The notes beneath the pieces were generated by a model. That model was not told where the DNA came from. It searched no databases and saw only the letters and a list, made by a program, of their open reading frames with translations. From Perkinsus chesapeaki ATCC PRA-425 (taxonomy: Eukaryota; Protista; Perkinsozoa), in NCBI GenBank assembly GCA_013115145.1, contig JAAPAO010000130.1, forward strand, positions 1-64,000: a stretch of DNA of 64,000 nucleotides, written 5' to 3'. Within the stretch, counting starts at the first letter, position 1. Every line of letters begins with the position of its first letter. This document shows, piece after piece, positions 25,900-39,956 of the stretch. The position numbers were made by a program, and so were the translations under genes.

Positions 25900-28800
25900 C
25901 TGGCGTTAACGGGGCCATTACTAATGAGTTGGTATACATTCAGTGTTGACATGCTCGTGGGCAGCAAGGTAAGGCCGACTGCTCAATCTAGAGCCCCGGA
26001 GCTGAATCACTTACGAATCTTGCAACATGCTTGGGATGATAAAGCCGCGAATTTACAGACTTCACAGCGATCTCTGGCACGGGAACGTCGAGGGAGATAA
26101 ACTCACCCCACTTCTGAAGAGACGATCAAATAACAACAACCCAGCAGCAGCAGCAGCTGATAATTAAAATTCAAAGTTCCCTTTTAGCGCTCATAGCTTG
26201 CAGTGAACACAATCGGGACAGGCAAACCACACAAAAGCGTAGAGCTACCCCTCCTGACTTGCATAACAAAACGTCTTATTAGGAGGTCGATGCCGAAAGC
26301 ATTTGATAATGCTGAAATAACTACTTCTCTCAGGTCTAACTTGCTAGTACACATATTATCGAAAAATACGGACCACCGCATACAAAAATGTACCTCAATT
26401 CTATTCGAGAATGTTTATTACCACTTTACTCCCCAGTCCACAATGTGAAGGGCTAAGTGAATATATTCCACGCCGAGCTTACCACATCTCTTAGTAGAAA
26501 GCTAAGATGCTTTTCCCAGGAGCATTGCTGTGGTGGCCTCATCCGCACCCTAACACCACTGGCCACTCTGGAGTTCAGCACCGAACTCCATATATACCGA
26601 TCCGCACGTGATAGCGACCCTGGAACCTGATTAATTGGATTAAGAATCGTGCACTGATGTGGCGCTAGCGAACGTGTGCACAACGCCGGTAATATGAAAC
26701 GGAATCGCAAAAACGCAGTTGAGAGGTCCCCTATATCCTTTCACTCCACCCCCAAAGTTGCTGACCTGACTCGTCACAGTACATTCCACGCCTCCTCGTA
26801 TAATAGATAAGGAAGGAGGAGGTGGAGGCTCGGCAAATGCTGGGTTCTTAGGAGGTATTGATATCGTTGCGAATAGTACCTGCCAACGGTCTCTTAGGAA
26901 TACATTACAACGAGCACATGAACCACTCTACCTGCGGGAGAGCTAAGTATGATAGACGCCGCCAAAAATTATTAGCAAATTAGAAAAACGCACTCGCTAC
27001 AAAGTGTACTTGCCCGACGAGTAGGCTCTTGCTATCTTATCAACTCTTGCCTATCCCTCAATATGTGAGCCGTACATAGCTCCATTAACAACTCAATACT
27101 ACTATCACTATCATTTATTCTTAATCCATCAATCACAAGAGTGTTGTATTATGCACAAGAGCTATTCTATTTATTAGTAGTAAACTTCGACATGTCCTTG
27201 ACGTCCGCTGCACTTAAGCATACAATGTAGCTACATCTGTAAGCTTTGTACAAAAGGAAGCTTTCAAATACCAGCTGCACTAACACTCGTTTGCGTCGTC
27301 GGCCCAGGAAAATCCCACAATGGATACGCATTGGGGTCAATCAATAAACCGATTCTGAAATTCCACAACTGCTTTTCACACGTAATAGGCGATACTAGAA
27401 TTCCAGAATTGATGAAATGAACATGGCGAATTTCACATTTCAAACTTCATAAAATGCTATAACCGCAAGCTTACACCAACTGCGGCTTTCCCCCCGCTTG
27501 ACAGTACACCTCTCACCTCCAACTCCCTCAACAGTGTTCTCTCCAGGCCAGGTGCAGTACTAACAACAAAGTTACGTACTGGCAGATACGGGTTGATACC
27601 AGTTAGTGGCGGGGATAATACCATATCAAAGTGAATCTAATAAACTGCAGAGAATAACCTTTCGAGGCCGCCAAATTTTGGATGCTCCATATGCCACCCA
27701 TCCATTTCGAGCTTCAAAAGTAGGCAAACTTAAGAGCACGCTATGTGCATGAGAATCTTATGATAATACTACTAATGACCTGTCGATTCGCACAAGTAGT
27801 CTGATGACAAGACTACTTCTGCGAATCGACACCAATGCCATATATCCTCTACAACGAATTAGAATTAAATCCCATCTTCCCCCCATCGGATGGGGCCCAT
27901 CCTACCAGGCTGGTAGTACCAGCCCTCTAGGTAACCCTCAATACTGAGCTATTTATTGCTCGCCTTCCAGAACAGCAGCATGTCACGTCCCAATCGAGAT
28001 TTGACCTTCAACTGCTATCTCAACTCTTCAGTGCTATCCAGTGTGGCGGAGTATACTTGTAGGTTCTAGCCAACATCCGTCGAAGAGGGAAGATTACGGA
28101 ACTCGGCAAAACAAGACCAACCGATAATCCATCATTGAGTGAAAAGCCAACCCATGTTTTATGATAGCAATTCGTCACGAAGTCATCAAGTCTGAAATTC
28201 CAACACCGTCCTATTACTTCAACAATAATAATAAACCTCATCACAAAACTATATGACCTACCGTTTTTTTCCGATTATTCTTTCAACATAACGAGTTCAA
28301 TGCCGATTTGAAAATTGATTATGCTGACTGAAAATGAGTATAGTTTTGTGAGGGTGCTTATGTGCACTATAACACAACCCTTGAAATGATGATAAAATGT
28401 TAGGATTACTTTTTCTCACTGTGGTTGGCGCAGCCCGTATACAGTCATAGGTCAGAATTACATTGAAATAATAAGTTAATAATAACTACTTTACATAGCT
28501 AACGTCCACAATAGGCTCTTCAAGGCGATACGTTTTGGCTTGGCGGCCAGTCGTAGATTTCCTTCTTCCACCGTGGACTCAACTCCGACCACCTGAACGG
28601 AAAATTGTCCCACCTCGTATTGCGAAGATAGTTAACGACTCTATACCATGATACTCAAATCATCACCAATCTCTTTATAATGAACAAACTTAACAAATAT
28701 GTGCCAAGCTTGAAAAAAGGAGTACCCGAAGTGCCCACGAATTCCTCCTCTTCTACGACTTCATCATCGCAAACCTGTCTTCCACTGAACATTCAGAGAA

Positions 28801-29904
28801 TTTCTTCTGTGAAATTATTTTTTTCTTTTTCCAGCTTGAACAAAACTTCGCTATATTCCCCATGTAAGCGAATGGATTTAACAGATATATGCTCAGTTCG
28901 GAAAAAAGAAGCATCTGATATGGCCGAAAAAATTTTCCCTCTCTCACGACCCCGTCACCGATCCCTTCCACGATGCACCAAATTTCCAGGATGCGTGATA
29001 CGTAAGTTTCCTGCAACTTCCAACTTGAAGTCCCGGAACAAGATTTCGTGATTGTCCCCCATGGAATAGGTGGCATATGACTCGTCGGCACGGCTGCACG
29101 TGCGGCAACGACCCGCCGAATGAGTTAGGTTACGTCACGCTCTATTCACAAGTGAACCTGAGCTGATGGCCATCTCATCCGATGGCTGGCTACCGCACTG
29201 CAGAATTTTGAAAGACTTCCCCGTCCAGTATGACTACCAGTTAGCTATCGCTGCAGCATACTCTGGAGCAGCTGTTGCCAAAGCTATTGCATACTCCATA
29301 GTGTCCAACTCCTCCTCAGTATGGCGACGGCGGCCCTCTCCCTTCTGCGAATAAAAAGACTCAATCAATCCCCCTCTATCAACTACTTCACCTGAGCGTC
29401 GTTAGTGGAACTCATCGCGGCCGTGTCTTCAGCGTTATCCAAGCCTGAAAGTGACCACTTCCCTTTAAAAAATCGTCGTTTGGGAAGCTGACTGCTGTGA
29501 TTTTCCAGAGCCTACTTCAATGATCACCAATGCCCCTAATCACCCCATTGGTGCCATTGGCATTATACCGCTTTACGTGAAAGTTCACCGATAAACGTCT
29601 CGACTAGCCTTCAGTACTTCCACCGAATATCCAAACCAGTGATTCCTCAACTTCCCTCCCTTCCTCTAATATTACCAGCTGCGGCAGCAGCAGCCAGCCG
29701 GTGCTGGTTCATAGCGTCGACCATCCACAGGAGATGCCATTGCTTTTGTAGCATTTCCCGCATTCTTTTGGCATCCTCACACTCTTCCGTTTCCAGATTA
29801 CTGAGAGTACATAACAAGCTTTCTAAATTCTCGAGAGTGTGATAAAATATCTTAGGTCTTCTACAAGGCGATCGTCTTCCTCCGAGACCAGTCTTATATC
29901 TCAC
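25900..29904 (-). CDS. THUMP-domain protein (RlmL/Trm14/THUMPD-like) with long unassigned N-terminal exons
   Basis: Exons read FVVSTAPGLERTLLRELE (about 27505-27560), IWSSVLNSRVASGVRVR, SKLDLREVVISAL and ISLD, the order seen in THUMP-methylase N-terminal halves. No methyltransferase domain is evident, and the upstream exons may belong to another gene. Confidence 0.45.
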
Positions 29905-29999
29905 AGATGCCCGACAATAAATACGTTAATGCCTTCAAATGTTTGAAGAGGGAGGGAAATGCGGCTGTTCTATAAGGGTCAGTCCAGGGAGAGCTGGAC

Positions 30000-32660
30000 G
30001 AATACACCAAGCTCATAAGATCATATAAGACATGTACAGCCCTCTCGAATGAAATAGAATATTTAGTTTTCTAGCGATTTCTCGCATTGTATTATAGTCG
30101 GCCTTCGGGCGAACCACGAAAAGTACAAATTCGGCCTCCAGGGGAAATCTTAGACTTCGACAAAGACGCGACTATGTTACATATGCATACACGGTTAATT
30201 ATTAAAAGATTGGGTAAGTTCCTTATAAATGAACGAGGCCTTAAAAACCAGGTTAAATAATCAACTTAACCTGGAGATGCTGTATATTCAAAAATAACTC
30301 CTTAACTACCTTCTTCGCCTAGGTGTCAACACTAGACTGGAGCCCATCGAAGAGCTAGAGCCATTCCCGTGCGTCGCATCAACCCCTGACCAATCAATGA
30401 CCATCAAACTATCACCAGCTCCATCTGCACTACTTACCATTATTTTGCTTCTCCCGCGCGCGAGACGACTGCTCTCTGACAGAAAGATTCTTTTTAGGTT
30501 GGATTGGCACCCCCTACCCGGAGTCTCTGCGATCCGCCTTTTCTTTCTTCAAAGTGGCCCAAGCCTCCTACAGGAAAACCATTCGACACGCCGTGCACGG
30601 TCATACTAATCTCCAAAAAGTCGACCAAGTACTTCAATTCCGTCGGGAGTTTTACTAACCTTCCACTATTCGCAATTTCACAGAGAGGTGTTCGGAAACC
30701 CGAAAAGTTATTCTTGAAAATTCTTGCGCGCCGCTCGTCGAATAAAAAGTGTTATACTTGGAAAAAATGCAGGTGTTCCCAACTCGTACCGCCCCAGGAG
30801 GGGCCACCTTGACGCATTGACAACTCTTTCCAGGATTTTACTATTCCTCAATGTTGCGTTGAACTAGCTGCAGCACATGACAACGCAGAGTGCTAACCAC
30901 CCTGTAGATCATCACAATGATCCGCTTCTTACTGATCCAAGTTACAGAGATGATAAGGATATTGCCCCTTCATTTTCCGTATCGCTGTTAGTATATTATA
31001 TACATTTCTCTATGTGACGATTTTTTTGTTCAACCATTACTCAGAGCCTAATTCTAATATCACAATGGTTGATAAGGCAATAGAAGAAGCTCACCAAGAG
31101 CTTCAAGTTGGTACCCTACTTCACTCGTAATTCTCACGCGCCAAGAAATATGAGGTATGGATCCTTTTCTTCGCATCACCCTGTAGATGTATATATGTTG
31201 TATTGCTAATACCTTCTCCATCCTTTCACTCTCCCTCCTCCCTTTTAATGCTGCCAATGCCTTAGCACAGTTGGCTGCCACTTCCTCAGCTGTGAGATCA
31301 GCATCCTCTGGTCGCACAGAACTGAAAGATACCTTTCTTAATCCATTGAAAGCCTTCAATCTTCACTGCCCGAATCTGCCACTATTTCCCTCTATATAGT
31401 CGCACACGCACCAGCTTTATCGCTCATAACGCTTAAACCAAATCAATTCTGACTTTGATAATCGCCGAAGGCAGGATATTCAGAAGATCAATTGATCGTC
31501 TAATTATTTCTGGGCTCAACATTTCAGACTTTGCCCATTCTGACATACTTTATATCTTCCATTGATCTCCTTTCTTCAACCTTATCCTCTCTGACCTGAT
31601 TAACTCGCCGATTTTCTTGCGCGCCATCAAATTCCTACCTCCTCAGTATCTACGCTTCTCCTACCAACTAGGGACATTATATAACCGTCCACTGCAAACA
31701 GAAAATTTTCTGGAAAAAAACAGAAAAAATTTTTTTTCCACGCATATCTCCTAGCCTTGGAAGAAACCGCCCCAGACTTGAGCGAGAACCAGGACTGTTC
31801 GAGCGTCGGAACTTTGGAAACCAGTAGGAGAATACGGTATGCACCGTGCACCGCATACTGTTGACCAGATTTATCGAACCAAACACAGATCCAAAACCTC
31901 ATGAAAAGACACCTTTGCTGAAATGGTAAGCGCTCGTGGGTGTCCGCTTAAATTGGTACACTGCCGGCCTACTCAGAAGTAAATCTAATCTGCTCCAAAG
32001 CATTGGAATGTATATAGATACCGACCATGAAAGTGCACCCAGTTGTGATACAGTACCTACTAGGACCCACCACTACATAGACTGATGCGAATGAAGGTCC
32101 AAAGTCCCATCAAAAAACAGATGCGTGAAAGTGGCTCACTCTACACAGCTTGCTCTGAACGTCAGTTACTTCGCCAAACCGTTGGAACATGCTTTGGTCC
32201 CCCCCAGTACTTTCACCACCAAATGCAATTCCGCTGCGTTTGCACACTTCCACTCTAACAGTAGATTTTATACGGCTAATCGATGAGGAAATTATAAACC
32301 TATTAGTGACAAGCTTATTTTCAGCGAACTCGTGATCGATAATAATTTCTGATCTCGCCGAATCTCCTGTAAGAGCTCCAAGCTCAAGCTCACCAGTCTT
32401 AAGAACTCCCTTGAAGAAGTGCTTTTGAGGTTCTTATAAACTAATTAGCAGTTGTCGGATACTCTTAAGCAACTGCTGCTCACTTTCATAACACTACCAG
32501 TTGGAGCTAATCAATAATTAGACTCACAATATAACAGTGAGTCCCTAAAATACTCTCAGACATCAGAGAGCTATGAGAACTGTCAAAAGCAACACTTAAT
32601 CAGCTTTAACAGGCAAACCTTGCCGCCACGTGGGCTGATAACAGATAGCTCCATTGATGT
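30000..32660 (-). CDS. Hypothetical multi-exon protein
   Basis: Protein-like exons with GT/AG ends (ELHLVVKVLGDQSMFQRFGE, PEDADLTAEEVAANCAKALAALKG, LPTELKYLVDFLE). Boundaries are approximate. Confidence 0.35.
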
Positions 32661-32718
32661 TGAGAATGACACTTAATAAAAATAATTGAATTATAAACAA
32701 ACGAGTCTGTCTTCTTCA

Positions 32719-35700
32719 CTAAGGTTTATCTCCATTCAGCATTCGACTGTTGATGTCCTCAATCACCACTGGCAGGTCCTTTATAGTATCAATAACGTAA
32801 TGAGCACCTGGCACAGACTTCACTGTGTGAAACATTTCAATAGGCGAATAACAGAGAACATTCCATATACAAAAACAACAACCGACGAACCCATTGACTC
32901 TGTTAATGTAAACATTGAACCGGTAAGTAATAACTTCGCGAAATTCAGCACGAACTTTCCAAGACTTCTCAAAAACACATAAAAATTATCTTCCAGAAAT
33001 ACCTGTGTACTAAACAAAAGATGCCGACTAAACGCATTGGTTAAGAAAATTGCACGCTCTTCAGTTTCCCCAAATTGATGAGGTTTTGGAAGAGAATGAG
33101 AACATATAACCACTAAATGAACTAAAACTAATACATAGAGATATGAGCAAGAGAGAGTGACGAAGTAGGTATCAATTAATAACAGTAAAAGTGATCTTTA
33201 TAACAGTACAGAGGTACTTCAACAGTGTCGAATGAACACAATGGGCTATGGTCTCACCAGAGGTATTGAGTTTCTCTCTCGAGATCTGAATACGTCTTTC
33301 CCTTTCAGACTGGGGCATTGTCTCCCATTGCTCTAGAGTGTCAATGTCTGTGTAATTACTGAGGCCAGCTACACCTGACAAAGACGAACCGCATGCCATC
33401 AGCCGTGCATGTACACTTTTCGACGTAAAAATCAGGAAAAAAATCCTGAAATTCTCTCACAAAAGTTCCTTGCCGACACAGGAAAGCACAGGAACATTTG
33501 AAAAGTGCACTGTGTAGTCGCCTTACGAGAGGTTCCTCTACAGGCACACAACTTCTATCAAACTTCTTTCATTAGACTTACCAACACTCCAACAGCCAGC
33601 TGATAGACCCTCTCCCACACCACTAACTGTGTCATCCACTTTAACAACCTGAATGGCAGAATATCGTCGTGAGCATCACCAAATCGATTGGATGAGGAGA
33701 CTGTAAACTGAGGGCAGTCAACGGAGACCCCAATATTGTCATATACGTTACTTATAGCCACGCGGAATGTGAGCCTCCATATCGCCGTTGACCCACCGAT
33801 TCTATAGGGAAAACGCCGAGGTTGCAGAGGTTCTGATAGATCATGAATGGCGCCGGCCTGAAGCCCATATTATTCGGCACCTACACACACGGGAATGTTC
33901 GACAACAATGCTCGTCGAATTTCATGGTGCTTCTCACCTCATCACCAGCAACACTGGAGTCGGGGATATAACCCTGTTCTTTGGCCTTCTCTAAAAGTAT
34001 ATCGACCATGACCTTTGTGAAACCGGTAGTGGAGCCTATCTGTAGATTATACCTGAAATATAGGAATATAATAAAGGAAGGTAATGAAGAAATATAATGA
34101 AGATTCTTCATTAAAGAAATGAATAATAGTAAATATAGGAAATAATAAAGAATCATTAAATGTATAATTAAGAAGAGATATAATAGAGTAACACAGAAGA
34201 GAAAGCTAGTAACAGAGGTATATAAAGTAGACTAATTTAGTAGTCGTTAATGTTGGATATCGAGCAGAGTACAATAAAATGAAAGCACACAGGTATTGCT
34301 GAGCTGCCGCTTACTTAGACTTTAATAATTTAACAGTATCAGCTGCACCATCAATTAGAGTTGAATACTTGGGCAAGACCTGATAACATAACACCTATTC
34401 AAATAACCATGGCTCAACGCGGGAAGTTGATGCGAGACTAGGTCGACGACCAAAGATGATGAAAGATAACACGTGGTCGGTGATGTGGGAATGAATTCCC
34501 ATCACTCAAAAGCTTGGTTTCGAAATTTTCGAACAACAAGTTTTTTTCTCCGGAAATTTTTTAATTTTTTTTTAATTTTTCTTAGTTTTACCCAAATTTG
34601 ATCGAAATTTCCCCGTTTTTCAGTCCGGCATGCTGCGATATCTACTTGCGTATAACTGATATCTTTCCTATCATCATCATCAGGTCTCCAAGAGCACACA
34701 AAAACTGTCCCCCTTACCGCGCACTGCATCGGAACAAAGTCCCTAAACATAGCCTCAACGTCACCGGCTGTCGAGGGACGTCCTTTAATTTTACGCCATC
34801 TTTCCTGGACTTCTGGAATCTCCAAAATCTTGGCGATGTGAAGGTCCTTGCGCAGACCTACATGGAGGGGATATGCCAACTACGCTCGTATATGTCATCC
34901 TATATTCGCCCAGAACTGTTAATTCGACAGGCAAGCTTTGAGTTCTGTGAACTCTCGCATTTTCACCGACTATCTCATTTCTCAATAAAGTGAGTTCGAT
35001 CCGGCACGGAAAGGAGAATGGAAGATTCCCCGTCATTTAGCATCTCTGTCCCACTCGTTAACGTAATACAAGTTTCCATCAGTAAGTCAATGAAATTTTC
35101 TTCAATAACCAATTTTATGTAGCAATATGAGCTTCCATATAGTAACTAATAGCATCTATCCCACTCAGCACGTTCTTATATTGATGAAATTATGAACGGA
35201 GTTATTATAAAAGTGTCACTCAATTATCTATCACATTAGAGTGCGACTCACAGATTGCCAAGATGCCAATGTGATAGACTAATTTCTGCTCGCACAGGTC
35301 GAGCAGAAATTAGTTTATCATATTCTCGCGCCAGCATACGACTGACGTGAAGGCCTTAGATGATGTATAATATTATGCCAGTCTAAGACGGTCCCTCACC
35401 CATCGGTAGGCGGGCCTCCTTCATCGATATCTCAACTCCAAACTTGCGGAAAACTTCAACAAAAACTACCGCGGGTGCCAGCACGTGGGCATCAGCAGTG
35501 GTACCAGACCAATCCAGAATACATGCCTTTAGAGGACCTGAAAGGGGACAATCAATGCTGGGGACATACTTCGACTAAGTGCGGAGGAGCATCCTGGAAT
35601 TGCCGAGCGGAGAGGTATGGAAATGTATGAATAACGAATAAGAAGATGCGAACTTAAACCTTTTGCTGAACCACAATCCGCCACTCCTTCGGCTATATTA

Positions 35701-36282
35701 TGCTAGTGTAATGTAGGATAGAATTATACTAATGGTAATACAGTAATACTATAATAAAATGTTGAGTATTACTTTATACAGTATTACTTTATAACAGTAT
35801 AATACAGTATTACTTTATAACAGTATAATACAGTATTACTTTATAACANNNNNNNNNNNNNNNNNNNNNNNNNNNNNNNNNNNNNNNNNNNNNNNNNNNN
35901 NNNNNNNNNNNNNNNNNNNNNNNNNNNNNNNNNNNNNNNNNNNNNNTTACTTTATAACAGTATAATACAGTATTACTTTATAACAGTATAATACAGTATT
36001 ACTTTATAACAGTATAATACATTATTACTCTATTATATATCAATATGACTGCATCAAAACTAATTAGTATCATCTGTTATAGCTTAGTCTATTATATAAA
36101 GTATTAAAATTAAGATATGAACATGAAGAGATGTAAATCTTACCTTTATAGGGTTCACGATTAGGCACATGCTTCACTACACCAGGCGCGAGGTTCACAG
36201 TCGCCATAGCTCTCGTGGAGCATTTCAGCCACAGACCACCAGCGAGCTTAGATTTACCGAAGGAAAGATTCCTGGCAAGCAT
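32719..36282 (-). CDS. phnX: Phosphonoacetaldehyde hydrolase (phosphonatase, HAD superfamily) with N-terminal presequence
   Basis: Spliced product: MLARNLSFGKSKLAGG...REPYKG|PLKACILDWSGTTAD...APAVVFVEVF...EARLPMG|LRKDLHI...RW...GR...DVEAMF...|...IGSTTGFTKVM...AKEQGYIPD|RPAPFM...|VVKVDDTVSGVGEGLSAGCWSVG|...|GAHYVIDTIKDLP...NGDKP*. The catalytic Asp (DWSGT, about 35500-35514), the Schiff-base Lys (GLRK) and the KVDDT motif are all present. Confidence 0.92.
35227..35320. repeat. Two overlapping inverted repeats inside a phnX intron
   Basis: TCTATCACATT (35227-37) pairs with AATGTGATAGA (35268-78). ACTAATTTCTGCTCG (35278-92) pairs with CGAGCAGAAATTAGT (35300-14), extendable to about 21 bp. Confidence 0.9.
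35765..36030. repeat. 26-bp AT-rich tandem array (ACAGTATTACTTTATAACAGTATAAT) spanning a gap of about 100 N, in phnX intron 1
   Basis: About 3 units on each side of the N run at about 35849-35946. Confidence 0.95.
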
Positions 36283-36440
36283 TGGAGGACGAATCAACCT
36301 CTGAAGAATCTTAAGGAGACACATGTCAACGCAATGCCCGCAATGCTTCGACACCCATCATGATTTCACAAGGTAATCACAAAGTCTGTCAACCCTCAAA
36401 CTGCCACCGTCAGAGTCCTGAGCCACATCAAGGAGCTCGG

Positions 36441-39400
36441 CTATCTCATCCTGAGATGAAACAAATGAGCGGTATGAACGAGTAGAGCTGACAAGCGCAC
36501 CTCGGAAAAGGCGGGTAGGCCGGCAGTGCCCTTAGCACGATTCAGCAAGTAATCGAGGCACTCCCTGGAGATAGTGTCATCGCCGCTCATGAGGGGGTTC
36601 AGCAATTCTGAGAGCGTGGAGGAGAGAGCGGTATGATGACGCAAATAGTGTAGGGTAAACGCTATTCATCATATTGATAGTCAAAGCTGGCTGACCATCG
36701 GAATCAGACACGAGTACATATACCAAGGATTTCGTTCAATCTTCGCCTCCTCGATGTTGAAGGTCATGCCAAGAAACTAAAGATATTCCCGAAGGCAAGA
36801 TGTCCGAACTTCAAGTTTAACTAGTCACCATCGGCCCCCCTTCATTCGACACAATTCTGCACGCATGCGCAGATATCCCGCCGCAGGCATGGCGCGACTT
36901 ACTCTTAAAAGCCTCTCGATCGACATTCCTCTCCCTACACACCGCCACTGCCGAGGAGAACACTATAATATTAGGCTGCGAGCCAAACTCAATCAGGATC
37001 TCATTTGTGAACTCCTCGTCACTGACAAGATTCACTTCAATTTTACAAATGCTTTATACGCCGGCACACGGGGAAAACCGCGCGCCACAAATTTCCACGA
37101 CGGAATGACATCGGACGGACACTAGTGGTAATAATAAACTGTATAGCTACACTAAGGCATAGTAGTGTATAGCCACAGTAGGCTATGTGAGAGCGCTCAT
37201 GAAAAGTCTCCATAAGATTTGCCAAGTTAACCTTTCGACAGCTTCCCAGCACAATTCTGGCGTACCCTGATATCTCTGTGCTGGAATAACAACGATGAAA
37301 TTTGGGGCTTACCACTGAGGCGCACCAAATGGTCTACAATGCCTTCTCGACCCTACAGCTCCGCCTGCTCGAAAACTCGAAATGAGTACGAGGTGAAGTG
37401 ATACAGAATTTCAGAAGCCGACAAGACTCACGTAATCTGCGCTCCACACACCCTCAACGCCTCCCGGAACTCCTCCGGTGTCAGACGGCCATCAGCATCT
37501 GAATTTGAGGAAAGAGCGGTATGAGCAGTCACGTACGAATTACCAGAATCAAATATATAAAAGACTTCTCTTTCGTCAACACCGCTGTTGATGGCGAGCG
37601 AGGAGCGCGAAGGACTCTCGTGGAGCGGCTCCTCCATAACTTAGCAAACTCCCAATTAGCTGAGCCCACTATGGCCGAATCCAGTAGGAGAACACTCGTT
37701 TGAGCGTCTGGAGGTTTCAGTACGGCAGTACCAACGAGCGATCATTTCCCCCACGGAAATCAGTAAAATTTCAGTTTCTCCGCCTCCTCCTGCTTCGGCG
37801 ATTTTCCTCTTCATAGGGCATTACGACTTTGCCTACTACGTAAACTTCATTTAACCTTTCTACTATAAATGGTTTTCCTATCAAAAATGTCTATCATACC
37901 TTCGCACTATAAATAATTCTCAATATTCTCTATAATTACTCTATTATAAGAAGTCTCTATAATGATTGTCAACCCCTGAGAAACGCACCAGAATCATTCC
38001 TTCAAAAGTGTGAACTGTAATCAGCAACGACCAAAAGGAAGTTCTGGGCAACTGTGCGAGCTTATTTCCGTCGACACACCGAACACAATAACAAAACTTC
38101 GTGGATTCTCTGCGGTCGGATGACGATAACGCAACATAGGTTAGCAAGATCAAGCTTGTTCATGCAGATATCTGAAAATGGATTCAATTCTTTGGCTCAA
38201 GGACTCTGCTCGCTTGACCAGCTCCTTACGGAAATGCTTGGCGGTCTCCTTACCTGACAAAACAGCGTTTTTCCAAAGCATGGTGAAATCTCACCCGAAT
38301 GTAGATTTCCCGTTTCGATCTCATCAATGCCGTTAAACTGCAGCTTATCGAGCCTGCAAAATCCCAGTCATCGTTGAGCTATCAAATGCCTACCCGGCCT
38401 CAATTTGAGCCAAAACATGCTGGGCGCGCTCGGGCGTCAACTCACCCGAGCGCAGATCGGTCTCCACTTTGTGAACCTGAGGAGAACTCGACAGATAACT
38501 AATAACCACCGCAATAGGTAGAGCTGGGTTGCTATCTTCATGCATAATGTGAAGCATGTACAAAATACGGAACGTTAAAATGTACAGAAATTCGGAGAGT
38601 GGTGAAAGGTGAATCCAGGGGTATCGGCAATACCCCATCCTTGGGGAATGGTCTCTCGACCTCGACTTCGTGAACTTAGTGTACAGAAGTATCATTCACT
38701 ATTAGAACTGCCGTCCGATTACATCGAACAGAATAGCTCGCATTTTTCAGATTTCAACGATGAGCTTGAAAGCTGAAGAATATACTGCAAACACGCTACG
38801 AAGCCGAACTGTGGTGAAGATGCCTACCATAACGAAGGTCCAGCCCCCTCAATCGACCTGTAATTTCTCCTAATCACAAAACTAATTGACCGCTCACCTC
38901 CTTTTCGATCCCGATAAGCTGCTCACTAAGGAGCTCGAGTGCCCCGCATGTCTGCTGACTCAACACTGACATCGCTCGCTCCGGTCGGTTAATCGTGGCG
39001 GCCTGAGCAGTCGAGCACATCTCAGCTGAGCAATAGCAAACGTTGATTCTACCAAGCACGCAAAATCCGCACAACCAAGAAGGGCATCATACTTAATAAT
39101 AGTATACGAAAAATTAAGTTAGTCTCTCGTATATTATTTATTATATAACTTAGTAAATCTCAAACATTGGGTGCAGTTCTCGTAGCAAGCAGCACTATAT
39201 GAAGGCTTTTAATGGAGGACCAAGATCATCTAGGATTATAACGTTTTTCCGTTTTGGACTATCGAAAACGAGCGCACTGTAGACCTTCGATTGGGCATCG
39301 GAAAATACGGGGATTCACGTTGAACGTGGAATCATGTAAAATGATTTTATTTGGTTTCACGACATTTTATTAAAATTTCGAGAAATTTCACCAAGTCCCG

Positions 39401-39929
39401 GGCAGCCACCAGCAGTAGAGATTGCATTTTCTATACTGAATATTGGTATACTTTTGCCGATGGCTACTCCACAAGGACATAAAGATACTCACCTCCTTGG
39501 TTGCCGCATGGTTGCTGGGAAGGCCTGCGGGGTGCATGCAATGAATAACTAAGCTTAACCAAACTGGTCTACAGTTAAAGTCGAATGATCTGCGATGATC
39601 AAGCAATCCAGCGCTGGAAATAGTGCCAAGGTGTAATTTTTTTTGGTAGTGAAGTTAAGTAATCGAATCCATCCGCACTATAAACCTTCCCCGTTCCTGC
39701 ACGCCTCCTTGGTCTTCTGGAACCCCGACTGCAATCCCCAGCAAGCCAGCTCACCCCAGCACTGAATCCACACGGTAGTGCAGATTTCAGGCGTAGAGGC
39801 AATGCAGTGATATTTTCCGCTGCGGAGGCCAAAACAAGTCCCCAACGAGATTTGACTTTTGTAATTGATGAAACCAAACACTTCGAAGATGATAAAAAGC
39901 ATTAAGAAATGACAAATCATGTCAACCAA
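36441..39929 (-). CDS. EF-hand-containing multi-exon protein
   Basis: Removing a 45-nt intron gives VFYIFDS|DADGRLTPEEFREAL, a canonical 12-residue EF-hand loop. The rest of the structure and the ends are approximate. Confidence 0.45.
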
Positions 39930-39956
39930 GAAAGTCGAAGCAAGGAAGTAGCATCA

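Noticed and set aside
26617-26645. ACCC-TG-GAACCTGAT resembling part of a TPP riboswitch
   Set aside because: It lacks the upstream CUGAGA and the downstream P5/P4 consensus, and it overlaps a probable exon.
38190-38415. TTTGGCTCAAG (+, about 38191) and TTTTGGCTCAA (-, about 38405) resembling spliced-leader 3' ends
   Set aside because: Only 11 nt match, the 5' half is absent, and both lie inside a gene body (one in coding sequence, one antisense).
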